Assembly: GCA_050506795.1 (NCBI GenBank)
Contig: JBJHCF010000027.1
Coordinates: 1-64,000, forward strand
From: Opitutia bacterium
Lineage (GTDB): Bacteria > Verrucomicrobiota > Verrucomicrobiia > Opitutales > T3Sed10-336
Length of the DNA: 64,000 bases
Direction of reading: 5' to 3'
Shown: positions 17,591-28,200 of the stretch, piece after piece
Numbering within the stretch: the first letter of the stretch is position 1
Layout: each line of letters begins with the position of its first letter
Notes under the pieces: model-generated
Databases searched by the model: none
Told to the model about the DNA's origin: nothing
The model's input: the letters and a program-made list of their open reading frames with translations, nothing else
Made by a program: the position numbers and the translations under genes

Positions 17591-20473
17591 CTACAACCTC
17601 CCGATCCCGAGTTCAATCTCGGAGGCCCAGTGGGCGGGGCGTTGCCAGTGGTCGAGGTTCTGGAGGGCGGCGAGGAAGCGGCAGAGGGTGCGAAGGGTGC
17701 CGGCGGTTTCCTGGGTAAGCTGACCCAGTTCGTCGCGGAGGGTGCGGTGGGCGACCTCGGCGGAGTCCTGGCGCTCGGCTTCCCAGATGGCGCCGACGAG
17801 GGCCGAAGTGAGGCTGTTTTCGCCGAGAATGCGCAGGAGAGCCGCCCGCCCCCGAATTTCGAGCGGGGTCATGAGGCGGGCCTCGTTGGCCTTTTTGGAA
17901 GCAAGCAGCTTTTTGTAGTCGGCCACGCCGTAGGCTTTAGAGGAGAGCTGGTAGAGTTCCTGCGAGGTGTCGCCCTTGCGCTCCTGGTGCAGGTTCATGA
18001 GGTAAAACTTTTCGCTCGGCGCAAGACTTTCCCATGTCGGGCCGTCGAATCCTTCTGGATAGAGCCGGGCGTCACGGTATTTCTCGGCCTCGCGGAGCAT
18101 CTCCGCCTCGAAGCGGTCGCGTTCGAGAGGATTTAGGCCGCGGATTTCCTCGTAGCCGGTCATGACCTTCAGCAGGGCTGTGGGCGCGGCCAGCAGAAGA
18201 TCACCATATTTGAAATTCAGTTCTCCCCCCTGGTTGATGGAGTCCATGTCTCCGAGCAGGCGCTCCACCTCCCGGACGACCTCGCCGCGGATTTGGAATT
18301 TCGGTTTCGGTGCATGCGCCTCGCGGGCCTTCAGGACCACGAGGTAGGTGGCCTTGACGTAGTTGCCCTCGCCCTTGAATGCGTTCTCTGTCTCCGTCCG
18401 CACCGCCCAGACGGCCAGCACCTGCAAACCCGCCTTGCGGATGACCCGAGTCAGCGACAGCCAGACCTCGTTGGAAGAATGGGTAAACATGATCACCTGC
18501 ATCCCGCCCGGCAAGGTGTGCTCCCGCAGGTTGGCGTAAATCGCGGCCAGCGTCTCCTCGAAGGATTCGTCCTCACCGGTGACCGCCAGGGCCCGCTTGG
18601 AATCGGCATACCATTCCGGAAAGAATTTCGGCAGCTTCTTGTCAATCCACGCGAGAAAGAACTCGGAGAGTTCGTGGTAGTTGATGGCGTCGGCGTAGGG
18701 GGGGTCCGTGATCCATAAATGTGACGAAGTATTCAAGCTTCTGGCGTCCCTCGGCGTGCAATGATATTCACCCAACACTTTGGCTGATTTAAGCTTTGCA
18801 AACCATGATGTCTTTGCCTTTGAAAAACATCTTAAGCCATGATTAAATAAAGTGTTGATCGCTTGATTGAGAAACACCCAGACCGTCATCTCCTTTGATG
18901 ACGAAGAATCCCAAATAGATCCCTTTGCATTGTAAGTAGAGAATCTGCTAAGAGAGGGGAACAAGCCTATCGAAAACTTTTTATTGGATTCTCCCAAAAT
19001 GAGTAGTGCTCGCGCGTTAAACAACTGATGCCAGTGCGTCCATCCACGTGTTCGAACCGGTTCCGATGTCTTTTGCCCCGGTTCAATTGCCTTCGACGGG
19101 ATATGACCCTCAGCTTGCCATGCCTCGAACCGCTCGGCGAGAAGTGTTTCCACTTTCCCCTCGGTCTTCAGATCGAATTCGGTCGGTTCGCGATAGACCG
19201 CTTTGCCGTCCCCATTGCGCCAACGGATGCAGTAGAGACGTTCCTGGTAAAAATCGTTGGGACGCGGCTTCCAGTCCTCCTTCTCCCAGCGTCGCAGTTT
19301 GTTGCGGGTTTCCTTGATCGGTCGGCCGTTTTCGTCCTGTCCGACCACCACACGATGATCGCCGCGTAGCACCGACAGTTTGATCGACTCTCCGGTTGCC
19401 GGATTGAAAACATCTCCGCCGCGAGCCGTGCCCTGAGTAGCGGTTTCCATTTCCTCGTCGATCGCACCCATGACGATTTTGAAGTCGAAGCGCCTCCGGT
19501 CGTAATCCGTCACCAGTTTGGCGACGGTCCGGGTCTTTTGGCCGATGACCCAGCTCGGCGCCAGGGGCACCCGCCAGCCATCGGGAAGCGTTACCTCGAC
19601 GCAATACAGGTAATACTCGGCCCGCCAACCCTCCTCGCTGCGCTCGATCCCCCATTTTCCGATCTGTCGTTCCACCTCGGCATACACGCGCTCCTGTTCC
19701 GCCTTGACCTCGGCGACCTTTTCCGGACCGCCGCCGATGATGTTCAAAGCGCCCCAGGTCAACAGACAGGCGATCGGGTTCAAGTCCGACGCGAACACCG
19801 CGCATCCCATGCGCGCGGCCTCAAACGGAATCGATCCGCCGCCACAAAAGCAGTCTCCCACTTTCGCCCGTTCTCCGAAACGCTTGACCGCGAGCTGTTC
19901 AAAAAGCTCCGGCAAAGTGGTTGCCTCGGTGCCCAGATGCGCATTGATGACCTTCCAGCTCGCCTCCGACGGGCCTTCGATCTCCTCCGGCCGCAAGGCA
20001 TAATCCAGCTTCTCCACGTAGGGAAGGCGGAGGAACACCCGAATCGCCAGGTCACGCTTGTATTCGCTGAAGGCGGTTCGCGCTTCCTTTTTGGTCTCGT
20101 TATCCTTGGCTTCCTTCACCTCCGCTTCCAACTCCCGCCACTTCGCGACCTCAGACTCGCGCGCATAATCCCCCAGCAGCTTTTTGTTGGGTATTCCCTT
20201 GAATCGCTGCAGCAACCCGTCCTCATCCATGGTGAGGATGCGGAGAAACACCTCGCGGTCCAAATGGAGGTCGTCCGACGACGGCATCAGCAGCCCGAGC
20301 AACGTGCCCCGGACCAGGATCAGCGGTTTCCGTCCCCACCATTTCCCCATCCCTGTCAGTGTTTGCTCACTGCCCGCCTTCCGCTCCTTGTAACACTCGG
20401 CGGAAAGCGGCGCGATGGGGAGTTGGGACTCGATAAAGGATGAAGGATGAAGGTTGAGGGTTGAGGGTGTCAT
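17591..20473 (-). CDS. DUF1156 amino-DNA methyltransferase
   Basis: KWWGRKPL, DCFCGGGSIPFEA, SDLNP and TDPPY motifs. Confidence 0.9.
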   Translation of the reverse strand: MTPSTLNLHPSSFIESQLPIAPLSAECYKERKAGSEQTLTGMGKWWGRKPLILVRGTLLGLLMPSSDDLHLDREVFLRILTMDEDGLLQRFKGIPNKKLLGDYARESEVAKWRELEAEVKEAKDNETKKEARTAFSEYKRDLAIRVFLRLPYVEKLDYALRPEEIEGPSEASWKVINAHLGTEATTLPELFEQLAVKRFGERAKVGDCFCGGGSIPFEAARMGCAVFASDLNPIACLLTWGALNIIGGGPEKVAEVKAEQERVYAEVERQIGKWGIERSEEGWRAEYYLYCVEVTLPDGWRVPLAPSWVIGQKTRTVAKLVTDYDRRRFDFKIVMGAIDEEMETATQGTARGGDVFNPATGESIKLSVLRGDHRVVVGQDENGRPIKETRNKLRRWEKEDWKPRPNDFYQERLYCIRWRNGDGKAVYREPTEFDLKTEGKVETLLAERFEAWQAEGHIPSKAIEPGQKTSEPVRTRGWTHWHQLFNARALLILGESNKKFSIGLFPSLSRFSTYNAKGSIWDSSSSKEMTVWVFLNQAINTLFNHGLRCFSKAKTSWFAKLKSAKVLGEYHCTPRDARSLNTSSHLWITDPPYADAINYHELSEFFLAWIDKKLPKFFPEWYADSKRALAVTGEDESFEETLAAIYANLREHTLPGGMQVIMFTHSSNEVWLSLTRVIRKAGLQVLAVWAVRTETENAFKGEGNYVKATYLVVLKAREAHAPKPKFQIRGEVVREVERLLGDMDSINQGGELNFKYGDLLLAAPTALLKVMTGYEEIRGLNPLERDRFEAEMLREAEKYRDARLYPEGFDGPTWESLAPSEKFYLMNLHQERKGDTSQELYQLSSKAYGVADYKKLLASKKANEARLMTPLEIRGRAALLRILGENSLTSALVGAIWEAERQDSAEVAHRTLRDELGQLTQETAGTLRTLCRFLAALQNLDHWQRPAHWASEIELGIGRL
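20433..20467. repeat. Heptamer array downstream of the four-helix-bundle gene
   Basis: ataaagg atgaagg atgaagg ttgaggg ttgaggg. Confidence 0.8.
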
Positions 20474-20865
20474 GAACGGGATCTTACTTTCTTGGAAATG
20501 GTCGTGAAGATGGCGAGGAGTTGGTTGGTTTCGTCTTGGAGTTCGGAAAGGCTGGAAGGGGGAAGGATGTCTGAGTCCGCGAGAAGTTCGAGCCAGTAGG
20601 CGGTCTCATCCAGTTCCTTGAGACAGTCGCCGATCTTGGCGATAAACTCAGAATCGGACCGCGCTCTGCACGCCTCGCGGTAGTTGGCGCCAACGGAGGT
20701 GCCGGAACGCAGGACTTGTTTGCCCAGCACCTGGGCTTCGGTGGTTTTCGGCAGTGCAGAGAACATCCGAATCACCCGCAGAGCAAACGCCTTCGTCCTT
20801 TCGCGCGAATCCCGCCGCTCCTCCTCAATCAGCCACGGTTCGCCCTCTGCTACTTCATACTTCAT
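20470..20865 (-). CDS. Four-helix bundle protein (23S rRNA IVS-protein / bAvd-like family)
   Basis: RTKAFALRVI, QVLRSGTSVGANYREA, F..KI...LKE..ET.YWLELL and E..QL.AIF motifs. Confidence 0.9.
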   Translation of the reverse strand: MKYEVAEGEPWLIEEERRDSRERTKAFALRVIRMFSALPKTTEAQVLGKQVLRSGTSVGANYREACRARSDSEFIAKIGDCLKELDETAYWLELLADSDILPPSSLSELQDETNQLLAIFTTISKKVRSRS

Positions 20866-20885
20866 AATTCATCCCTCATCCTTCC
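20851..20885. repeat. Heptamer array upstream of the four-helix-bundle gene, inverted relative to 20433-20467
   Basis: tacttca tacttca taattca tccctca tccttcc. Confidence 0.8.
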
Positions 20886-21710
20886 ACCAGCGAGTGCCGG
20901 TTCATCGAGAAGGTCGCTCAGGAATTCACAGAGCTTTCGGATTCGGAGACGCTTCAACGATGCATCGTTAATCCAATGATTGTCGTGGATCGAAACCTGA
21001 AGGCTCTTCGAGGGTTTGAGCACCGAAGCAATTGCCGAAACCGCCGCTTTCTTCCGGCCAGCGGGTTTGTTGAGTTCCTTGTCCTCACGGCCATGAGTTC
21101 GCAGCCAAGCGGAATCGACCGCAGCGACATATTCTTCCGCTCGTCCCTTCAGGTCAGGATAGTTTTCCTCGGCACATTCCAGCAGAAGGTCTTCCAGTGT
21201 GCCTTTGCTTCCACAGTCCGGCATGATAAAGACGCCGAACCTGGGATTTCCTTTCGCTACAGTGCCCAAAGAAAGATCCTTCTGGGTAAATGAATACTGA
21301 GGTATGTTGACAACCTCATTTATCAGATTTTCATATCGTCCGTTGAGATTCTCATCTTTATCGGCGTCGAGGATAAACCCAATTGAATCCGGTGTGTGAT
21401 TATCCATTTTCAATCTCTCAAGAGTACGCTTTCCCGCTCCAACCAAGGCTGAAACGCTGTTGGCCGCTACGATTCCAATGGCATGGTGATCGTTCTGGAA
21501 GAAACCCGGGACATCCATCCGTTTCGTCAGGTCACCGTCCTGAGGGAAGCTGAGGCGAGTCAAGAGATGCCAAAAAGCGTCCAAGTCCTCCACGTTTCGA
21601 ATACGCTCTGCACCGGAAAGGCGACAGCGAAGAATTTTGCCGACGAACTCCAGATCGTGATGACCTTCTACTAATAATAGGGAACGCTTTCGGAATTCTG
21701 CACCACTCAT
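20862..21710 (-). CDS. DUF3226-like TOPRIM-fold protein
   Basis: LLVEGHHD, ILDAD, MPD...GTLEDLL and KA..SAIASVLKP motifs; coupled to the upstream ATPase. Confidence 0.72.
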   Translation of the reverse strand: MSGAEFRKRSLLLVEGHHDLEFVGKILRCRLSGAERIRNVEDLDAFWHLLTRLSFPQDGDLTKRMDVPGFFQNDHHAIGIVAANSVSALVGAGKRTLERLKMDNHTPDSIGFILDADKDENLNGRYENLINEVVNIPQYSFTQKDLSLGTVAKGNPRFGVFIMPDCGSKGTLEDLLLECAEENYPDLKGRAEEYVAAVDSAWLRTHGREDKELNKPAGRKKAAVSAIASVLKPSKSLQVSIHDNHWINDASLKRLRIRKLCEFLSDLLDEPALAGGRMRDEL

Positions 21711-22846
21711 CGGACGTCCAATCCCCCTTCGTAACGCATCTCCCGGATCATTTTTCCGGCCAGACGTCGCGCTTGAATTCGATCCTCTTCGTGGCGCAGA
21801 CGATAGAGCGCCAGGCTTTCTTCATCATTTTCAAACGCTTTCGTTACCGCATCAACAGCCTCTAGACTGTGCGTTGTGGCGAAGACCTGGACGTTATACC
21901 GGTCTGCCGCCCATCGGAGCACCCGCAGTACCGAATCCAATACCGATACGTGCAAGGCCGCCTCGATTTCGTCGATCAACAACACCCCTCCGCGAATGGC
22001 GGGAATCGTTGCCGCGATTAGAAGAGCCCGGCGCATACCATCCCCAAAGGCCGAGACCGGAGTCATCCCGGTATCCTTATGCTTTATGATGATCGTCGAA
22101 GTCGTTCGTCCGGTATCAATGATCTCAAACTTTTGCACGCCGGGGTCGATTTCGCGCAAGACATCAGTGATGTCCGCTCGGATATCCTGATCGGACGCTT
22201 CCTTTTGCAACGCCTGACTCAGGTACCAGGTAATATCCTGAGACGTGCGGTGTGTAAAGGGCGAGATGTAACCGATATCCGTAAACGGATGATCGACCCT
22301 GGTAGAGAAGTTAAACCGTTGATTGTCGATTACCTTGAAATCCACGCCGTCCTGCAAATGGCAGGTCTCGTCAAATTCGCCACTAACGATTTGGGCATAG
22401 TCTGCAAGAACCCGGATTTCCAATCCCTGGGCACCCTCGCTTTCCTCCCTTACCGACGCCTCGTCAATATCCTCTTCCGAACCGTTTCCATAACTTTCAA
22501 ATTCACTGAATTCGGCCATCAGCCTGCGACCGGGATAAAGACCCTTCCCGTAAATCCAGATACTGTGCGGGTTTGGGATATTGCTCTCCTGAAACTGGGG
22601 GAAGAGCCAGATAAAGGCGTTTGTCAGTGGTGTTCGTGATGATTTCACTTCCCGCCGCCACGCGGCTTCCCGCCAGTTAGCGATATCCAAGGGCCGGCAG
22701 AAAAGGGATAAGGCATCGAGGACAGTGGTTTTACCGGAATTGTTCTCACCCACTAACAGGTTGATCCGCGCACAGTCCGAAAGCTCCACGTCCCGCAAGC
22801 CCCGGAACCGGACAATCTTTAGTTCGTTGATGGGGAGTTCACTCAT
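21707..22846 (-). CDS. ABC-type ATPase (AAA_15/AAA_21)
   Basis: GENNSGKTT, FGDG, LLIDEIE..LH and TTHS motifs. Confidence 0.88.
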   Translation of the reverse strand: MSELPINELKIVRFRGLRDVELSDCARINLLVGENNSGKTTVLDALSLFCRPLDIANWREAAWRREVKSSRTPLTNAFIWLFPQFQESNIPNPHSIWIYGKGLYPGRRLMAEFSEFESYGNGSEEDIDEASVREESEGAQGLEIRVLADYAQIVSGEFDETCHLQDGVDFKVIDNQRFNFSTRVDHPFTDIGYISPFTHRTSQDITWYLSQALQKEASDQDIRADITDVLREIDPGVQKFEIIDTGRTTSTIIIKHKDTGMTPVSAFGDGMRRALLIAATIPAIRGGVLLIDEIEAALHVSVLDSVLRVLRWAADRYNVQVFATTHSLEAVDAVTKAFENDEESLALYRLRHEEDRIQARRLAGKMIREMRYEGGLDVR

Positions 22847-22868
22847 GTTCTTTGTTTGTCATACGGAA

Positions 22869-24572
22869 TCATTGATAGCTCCAAATTGCCGACGCCCAGC
22901 CTGCCATCTCCCTTTGTCTTGCGTGGATCGATTCGGGCGTCCACTCCTCGATATCAATACGATTTGTCATGGAATACTGACTCCTTCGATACACGGGCAC
23001 CTTTCGTTGAATCCCGGCATTGCCTGCATGCTCCCGATTAAGCGGAAGCTCCAGTAACGTAAGGTTCCCAAGACGATAGACGAAGCGGTCTCGCTCGTCT
23101 TCGCGAAAAGCATCCCTCCAATCATCGTTGGGATTTTCAGGAAAAATGTGTTCGATGGTAGCAGACGCCGTCTCGAAATCCAAGTCGGTTTGAGAAAGAT
23201 GATTTTCCAAGCAACAGAGAATGTACTTGGCCAATCTCTTTTTACTTCCACGTGTATTGATGGAGAGGTTGGAAAAATCGGCACGAAACTCTTCGTCCGG
23301 AATATAGATCGGAGAAAGTGCGTCTTTTATGTCACGGAGGCTTGCGAGTCTCCCCTCGCTTACCTCGACTGCAACCCGGTTATAGCGGTCCTCAAGGTCA
23401 TTTGTGTTTCGCTGGCTGACCATATTGTAACGGAACGATAGAATACGACAAACGCGCAGGAGATCCCTGATCTCATTTGAGGGCAGCCTGCGGCCCGCCG
23501 CCAGGACCAGCGGCTTGTATTGCTTTACCCGAAACAATCGGAGAATTCTTACTTCTTGGTAAGCGCCATCGTAATCGTGCCAGAACTCATCGTGCTCATC
23601 TTCGAGTGCCTTATACCAAACAGATGCCTTCTCAAGATCATCCAACAGATCAAACACCTGTTGTGAAGTCCGGACATCCTGCTTAATCACCTTAAAAAGC
23701 CTCTCCCTTCTCACATAGCGTTGTTTCGAGTTCAGGAAGTGCCGCAAAAACTCCGGAAGGGTGCGCATGCCGATGGCGTCGGCAATGACTTTCCATTGAG
23801 CGCGAACATGCTCCAGATCGGCTTTGCTCTCGCGGGCAACTTGAGAAAACAAATAGTTCTTAAGGAGGTCAGCAGAGGTTAATTCTAAGCCACGTGCATT
23901 CAGGGTTTCAAATACGGTGTATGCCCGAAGTTCATCTTCAACAGATATTCGGATAAACATCAACCTTCGCGCCACGACATTATCGAGAAAGGTGGCCAAT
24001 GCCTTACCAGTTCGATTCCCTTCAAACTGATCTTGGATTTTTTGGCGGTAAAATCTATAGGCGTCCCATAAGCTCTTTATCGACCCTCGAAGCGAGCGCT
24101 CGTTGACAGGTGAACGAAATTGCAGTAGATATTGTTTATAAAAGTCCCGATCATTTTCATTCAGAATAAGCTTAGCCGAATACTTCAATGAGGCTGGATC
24201 CTTGAATCCGAGAAACTGTGACATAAGAAGCTGGATCCGCTCCTCGTTTTCATTCGTTTCAATGCCTTCCTCGACAAGGGCTCGAAGCTCTTGAATTACT
24301 GCGAGTATTAGAATACTTAAAGTAGCCAGCCGCTGTTGGCCATCGATGATCTGTAGCTTCCGGTCGGAAACTTTCTGAAAGACCACCGCGCCCATGTAAT
24401 GTTGATCTTCCCGGTTGGCTTCGAGATCCTGAATGTCGAGCCACAAGTCTTCCCAGTGCTCGGTCTCCCATGAATAATCCCTCTGATATGGTGGCACCTC
24501 GTAAACTCGCCCATTCGACAGGAGATCCTGAAGATTCACTGTCTCGGTATTCAAAAGTGTGCTTTTAGCCAT
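22869..24572 (-). CDS. GmrSD-like DUF262 + DUF1524 (HNH) restriction nuclease
   Basis: VPPYQRDYSW, IDGQQR, FETLNARG, TIEHIFP and LGNLTLL motifs. Confidence 0.88.
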   Translation of the reverse strand: MAKSTLLNTETVNLQDLLSNGRVYEVPPYQRDYSWETEHWEDLWLDIQDLEANREDQHYMGAVVFQKVSDRKLQIIDGQQRLATLSILILAVIQELRALVEEGIETNENEERIQLLMSQFLGFKDPASLKYSAKLILNENDRDFYKQYLLQFRSPVNERSLRGSIKSLWDAYRFYRQKIQDQFEGNRTGKALATFLDNVVARRLMFIRISVEDELRAYTVFETLNARGLELTSADLLKNYLFSQVARESKADLEHVRAQWKVIADAIGMRTLPEFLRHFLNSKQRYVRRERLFKVIKQDVRTSQQVFDLLDDLEKASVWYKALEDEHDEFWHDYDGAYQEVRILRLFRVKQYKPLVLAAGRRLPSNEIRDLLRVCRILSFRYNMVSQRNTNDLEDRYNRVAVEVSEGRLASLRDIKDALSPIYIPDEEFRADFSNLSINTRGSKKRLAKYILCCLENHLSQTDLDFETASATIEHIFPENPNDDWRDAFREDERDRFVYRLGNLTLLELPLNREHAGNAGIQRKVPVYRRSQYSMTNRIDIEEWTPESIHARQREMAGWASAIWSYQ

Positions 24573-24687
24573 AATGCTTTGTGTAATTGGGCCGCACGGT
24601 AGTGTGCAGATTACGTTTCCTCCGATTCAAACAACTCGCGTTGCGGTTTCTCCTCCGGAAAAAACTCAAGCTGCCCTTCGTTTGCGT

Positions 24688-25257
24688 TCATGCGGCCTTT
24701 TTTTTTTGGCGGAGGGGGCGACCCGTGGGCGCTTCTTCGCCGACGTTTCCGCAGAGGCCGTAGCGGAGGGCCTTGCGCCAGCCATTGCCGAGGTCCCGCC
24801 AGTGGCCGGCGCGGGCGTTGGTGAGCCGGTAGAGGGTCCAGCGTTCTTCCGGCATCATGCCGAGCCAGGCGTCGAGGGCCTGGGGGAGGTGGAGAATCAC
24901 GGGGTCTTTGTCGGGATCCTCCGTCCACGGCTCCACCGCCCAGGCAAGAACGAGGAGTTCCCGCCCGAGCAGGAGGTCGAGAGGAATGCGCTTGCCGCGA
25001 ACAAAACGTGCCTTGGGACAGGTCTTGAGGTCCGGGTGCTCTTTGATCCGCTGATTAAAGTGCGCGGCGACGGAGGTCTGAAGCTCGGTCCAGTAGCGCA
25101 GGGGAATGCGGGCTTTCTCGACCGGGGTTTCCCGGTCGCTGGTGTCTTCGACAATAGCCACGTCCTCGCCGAGCCGGGTTGGGAGTTCGACAAAGATGTG
25201 GTGCCGGCGAATTTCCGGGCAATAAGCGAATCCCGTGAATTGCGGTTTACTCGACAT
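24688..25257 (-). CDS. DUF3780 protein
   Basis: GF.Y, FN.R, LLGRELLVLAWAVE, W.G..PEERW.LY and GWRKALRY motifs; directly after DUF499. Confidence 0.85.
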   Translation of the reverse strand: MSSKPQFTGFAYCPEIRRHHIFVELPTRLGEDVAIVEDTSDRETPVEKARIPLRYWTELQTSVAAHFNQRIKEHPDLKTCPKARFVRGKRIPLDLLLGRELLVLAWAVEPWTEDPDKDPVILHLPQALDAWLGMMPEERWTLYRLTNARAGHWRDLGNGWRKALRYGLCGNVGEEAPTGRPLRQKKKAA

Positions 25258-28200
25258 ACTCCACCTCGCTTTCCTTGTAGCGCACCCCTTGCTTCTTCAC
25301 CCAGTCTTCGAAAGCCTGGGCGTTTGGAAAGAACAACTGCATGAGTTCGAGAAGGCGCTCTTCCCCCTGATCCTTGATGTCTCCGAGCGCGCCGACAACC
25401 GCCTCGATTTGTTTTCTGATGGCCTCCGGTGAGAAAGAGGAATCCTGGATCTGAAGCTCCACCGCGCCACCGCCATCCAGGGAGAGACGAACATTGGCGA
25501 CTTCGATTTCCGCTTTCGCGGCCGAAAGGTTGCTCAGGGCGGCGTTGATTTGGGACGCGCCTTTTGGGCTCAAATCTCCGCGATACCGCACCTTTCCCTT
25601 GCGCGGACCCTTTTCGGAGATGCTGGCAGAAACTGGCGCGGAATAAACGCCCTTGGTCTCGGCAACCGCCTGGATGACGGTGCACCCATCGGGCGGGGTG
25701 ATCGGGCCGACGTATTTTGTAGCCTTTCCGGGTTCCGGTTTGGTTCCGTCTGTGGTGTACCAGATTTCAGCGCCGTGGGTGGCCTGGAACTCGACCGGGC
25801 GCGGATTCTGTCCGCGCTTGAGTTCCGGTTTGCCCTGCCAGGTTTGGTCGGTGCCGGTCTGCCACTGACCGTCGGGGTCCGTGCAGCGGAACACGACCTT
25901 CAGTTCACTCGTTTCAAAAGCGGTGAGGTCTTCGACAGTGGCGGCTTTGCTCTCATCGAAGGTTTCTCCGGGACACCATTTGACGACGGCGCCCTGCGGG
26001 GTGGGCTTGAGACTGAGCCGGGCCACGCCGTCGCGTTGCCCGAGCGGGATCACCGCAAGGGCGGTTTTTCGTTCAAAGGGACCGCGTTCGACCTGGTCGG
26101 AGCCGACGTCGCGCCACCAGTCGCTGCCGGTGCAGGCGAGCTTGAGCTGGTCGAGCCAACCCGGCGGGGTCATGATCCATGTGGGCCGGATGGCGGCGTT
26201 TTCCTTCACATCCGACCAGCGCATGACCTTGCTGTCGAACAACTCCTCCTGAGCGTAGTCGCGGTTGCTGGTGACGTTGGATTCGTCCCAGAGCTGGAAC
26301 TTGCCCACATTCTGCAATTCGGCCGTCACCTGCTGGGCGCCCCGGTAGCTGTCGTCCTTGTACTCCAGGCGGAACGAGGCGCGGTCGAAGGACTCGTTGT
26401 CTACTGGGAAAAAGACGGTGTCGAAGCACTGGATGATGGCCTCGCGGAAGGCGGTCATGGCGCGTTCCTTCTGCTCTTCGAGCATGCGGCGCTCGGTGGC
26501 GCCGACGTCCTTTCGGTCGAGGGCCTCCTCAGTGGCAATGAGTTTTCGGGTGTGTTCAGAGAGGTTGGCGAAGCCGTTCTTGAGGCCGGTCAGGAACAGA
26601 AGACGGTTTTTGTAGCGTTGGTTTTTCCAGAAATTCAACGCTTCCTCGGGTAGGCTTTCCCGGTTCTGGGGCGAAAGGATGACCAGGGTTGTCCTCTCCT
26701 TGTCGAGGGTGAGGTCCGCGATGCTGGGGAAGGCTTCGACTTTCTGGTAGGCGCTCCCGGCATCCGGCTTGAACAGCTCCTCGAGCTTGGCGGCGACCCG
26801 CTTGCGGACGGTGGTTTCGGCAAGTTCGGCGGCCCGGCGGCGCACCCAGACGAGGATATTCTCAATCGGGCGGAAAAGGAGTTTGTTGTCGGGATCGGTG
26901 CGGTGAAGGTAATCGCAGGTTTCCTGTAGACGCGCCCAGATGGCCGGGAGAGCAGTAATGTCGCGGGCAGGAGCGGCGAACCAAGTGCCGAGCTGAGAGG
27001 GCGTCAGTCCGAGTTCGGACTCCTTGTGGGAAAGCGAGGCAAAGAGGATGATGCGTGCGGCGGCGTTCAGATCCTCCCTGGAAACCGGCCCGGAGTCTTC
27101 AGCCTGCTGGAGGTTAGCCGTGCCTCCGGTCTGGTAAAAGTCACGGGCCAGGGCATTCTGCATGGCGTCGTTGACGCGTTTGATCTGGTCGCGAATCGGT
27201 TTCTCGGCCAGATCGACGTGTTCGGGACCAATGAGTAAAATATTCGAGGCCTTGCCCGACTCGTAAAGGTGGGCGATCACCCTTGAGAAAAGGCGTAGCA
27301 TACCCCGGGTTTGTTGAAATCCGGCGTTGTTGCGGAAACGCGCGGCCAAGTGTTTGATGGCCGGGCTGAAGGGGTAGGTTTCCTCAATGTCGCCAGCCAG
27401 TCTCGTGGGGTCGCCGCTGCAGTAATGGTTGTCAGCCGCTTTTCGCAGGGCCTCGCGGTAGGCCTCGGAGACGGCTTTCACGGCGGACATTTCGGGGTCC
27501 TCCTTGAAGAGCCGCTTTCGCAGAATCTTGTACAGGTCGTTGGTTTCCAGCTCGATGGGCTGGAGATCCTCGAGAATGCGTTCCGCCTCGCCACCGAGCG
27601 TGGCCAGAACCTGCGTGGTGATCTGCTGGATGGTCTGGGAACCGTCCGGGTAAGCCTCGGCGTTGAGGTCGGCCATGACGATGGCCGTGCGCTTGGTCTC
27701 CGGGCCGCCGGAGCAGGCCACCATGAGGGTGGTCAGCGCGGTCGCGGTGACTTTGCACAGATTGCTGTTGCCGACCGAGACGGCGGTGGATTTGTCGAGG
27801 TAGAACGGCAGCTCGTCTAGGAGAATCAGCACGCGCTCGCCCTCAAGAAGTTTCCGCCAGTCGGCCGGGTCCGGCGCAGTGAGTGGCGAATAGAGGTGCC
27901 CGAAGGTGGAGGCTTTGCCGAGCTGTTCAGCCACCGTCCCCCAAATGCCGTTCCTGTGGTTGGCCCGCCCATCGATGCAGACAATGCGAACTGGGTTCTC
28001 ATCGGCGACTTTGACCTCCGGGAAATACTTGGTCAGAAGCCTGGGCTCCTTTCCCAAAAGGCCAAGACACAACAGCGTGTGGGTTTTGCCCCCACCCATA
28101 GATTGCTGCAAATGGAAGCCGACGGTTCCGGATCGTCCGTCCAACCGGCCGAAAACCGTCTCAACAACCGTCTGAAGATTGCGGGTCGGGTAATTTGCCT

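Noticed and set aside
20470..20865. Diversity-generating retroelement
   Set aside because: Only an Avd-like fold; no reverse transcriptase or TR/VR pair in the window.
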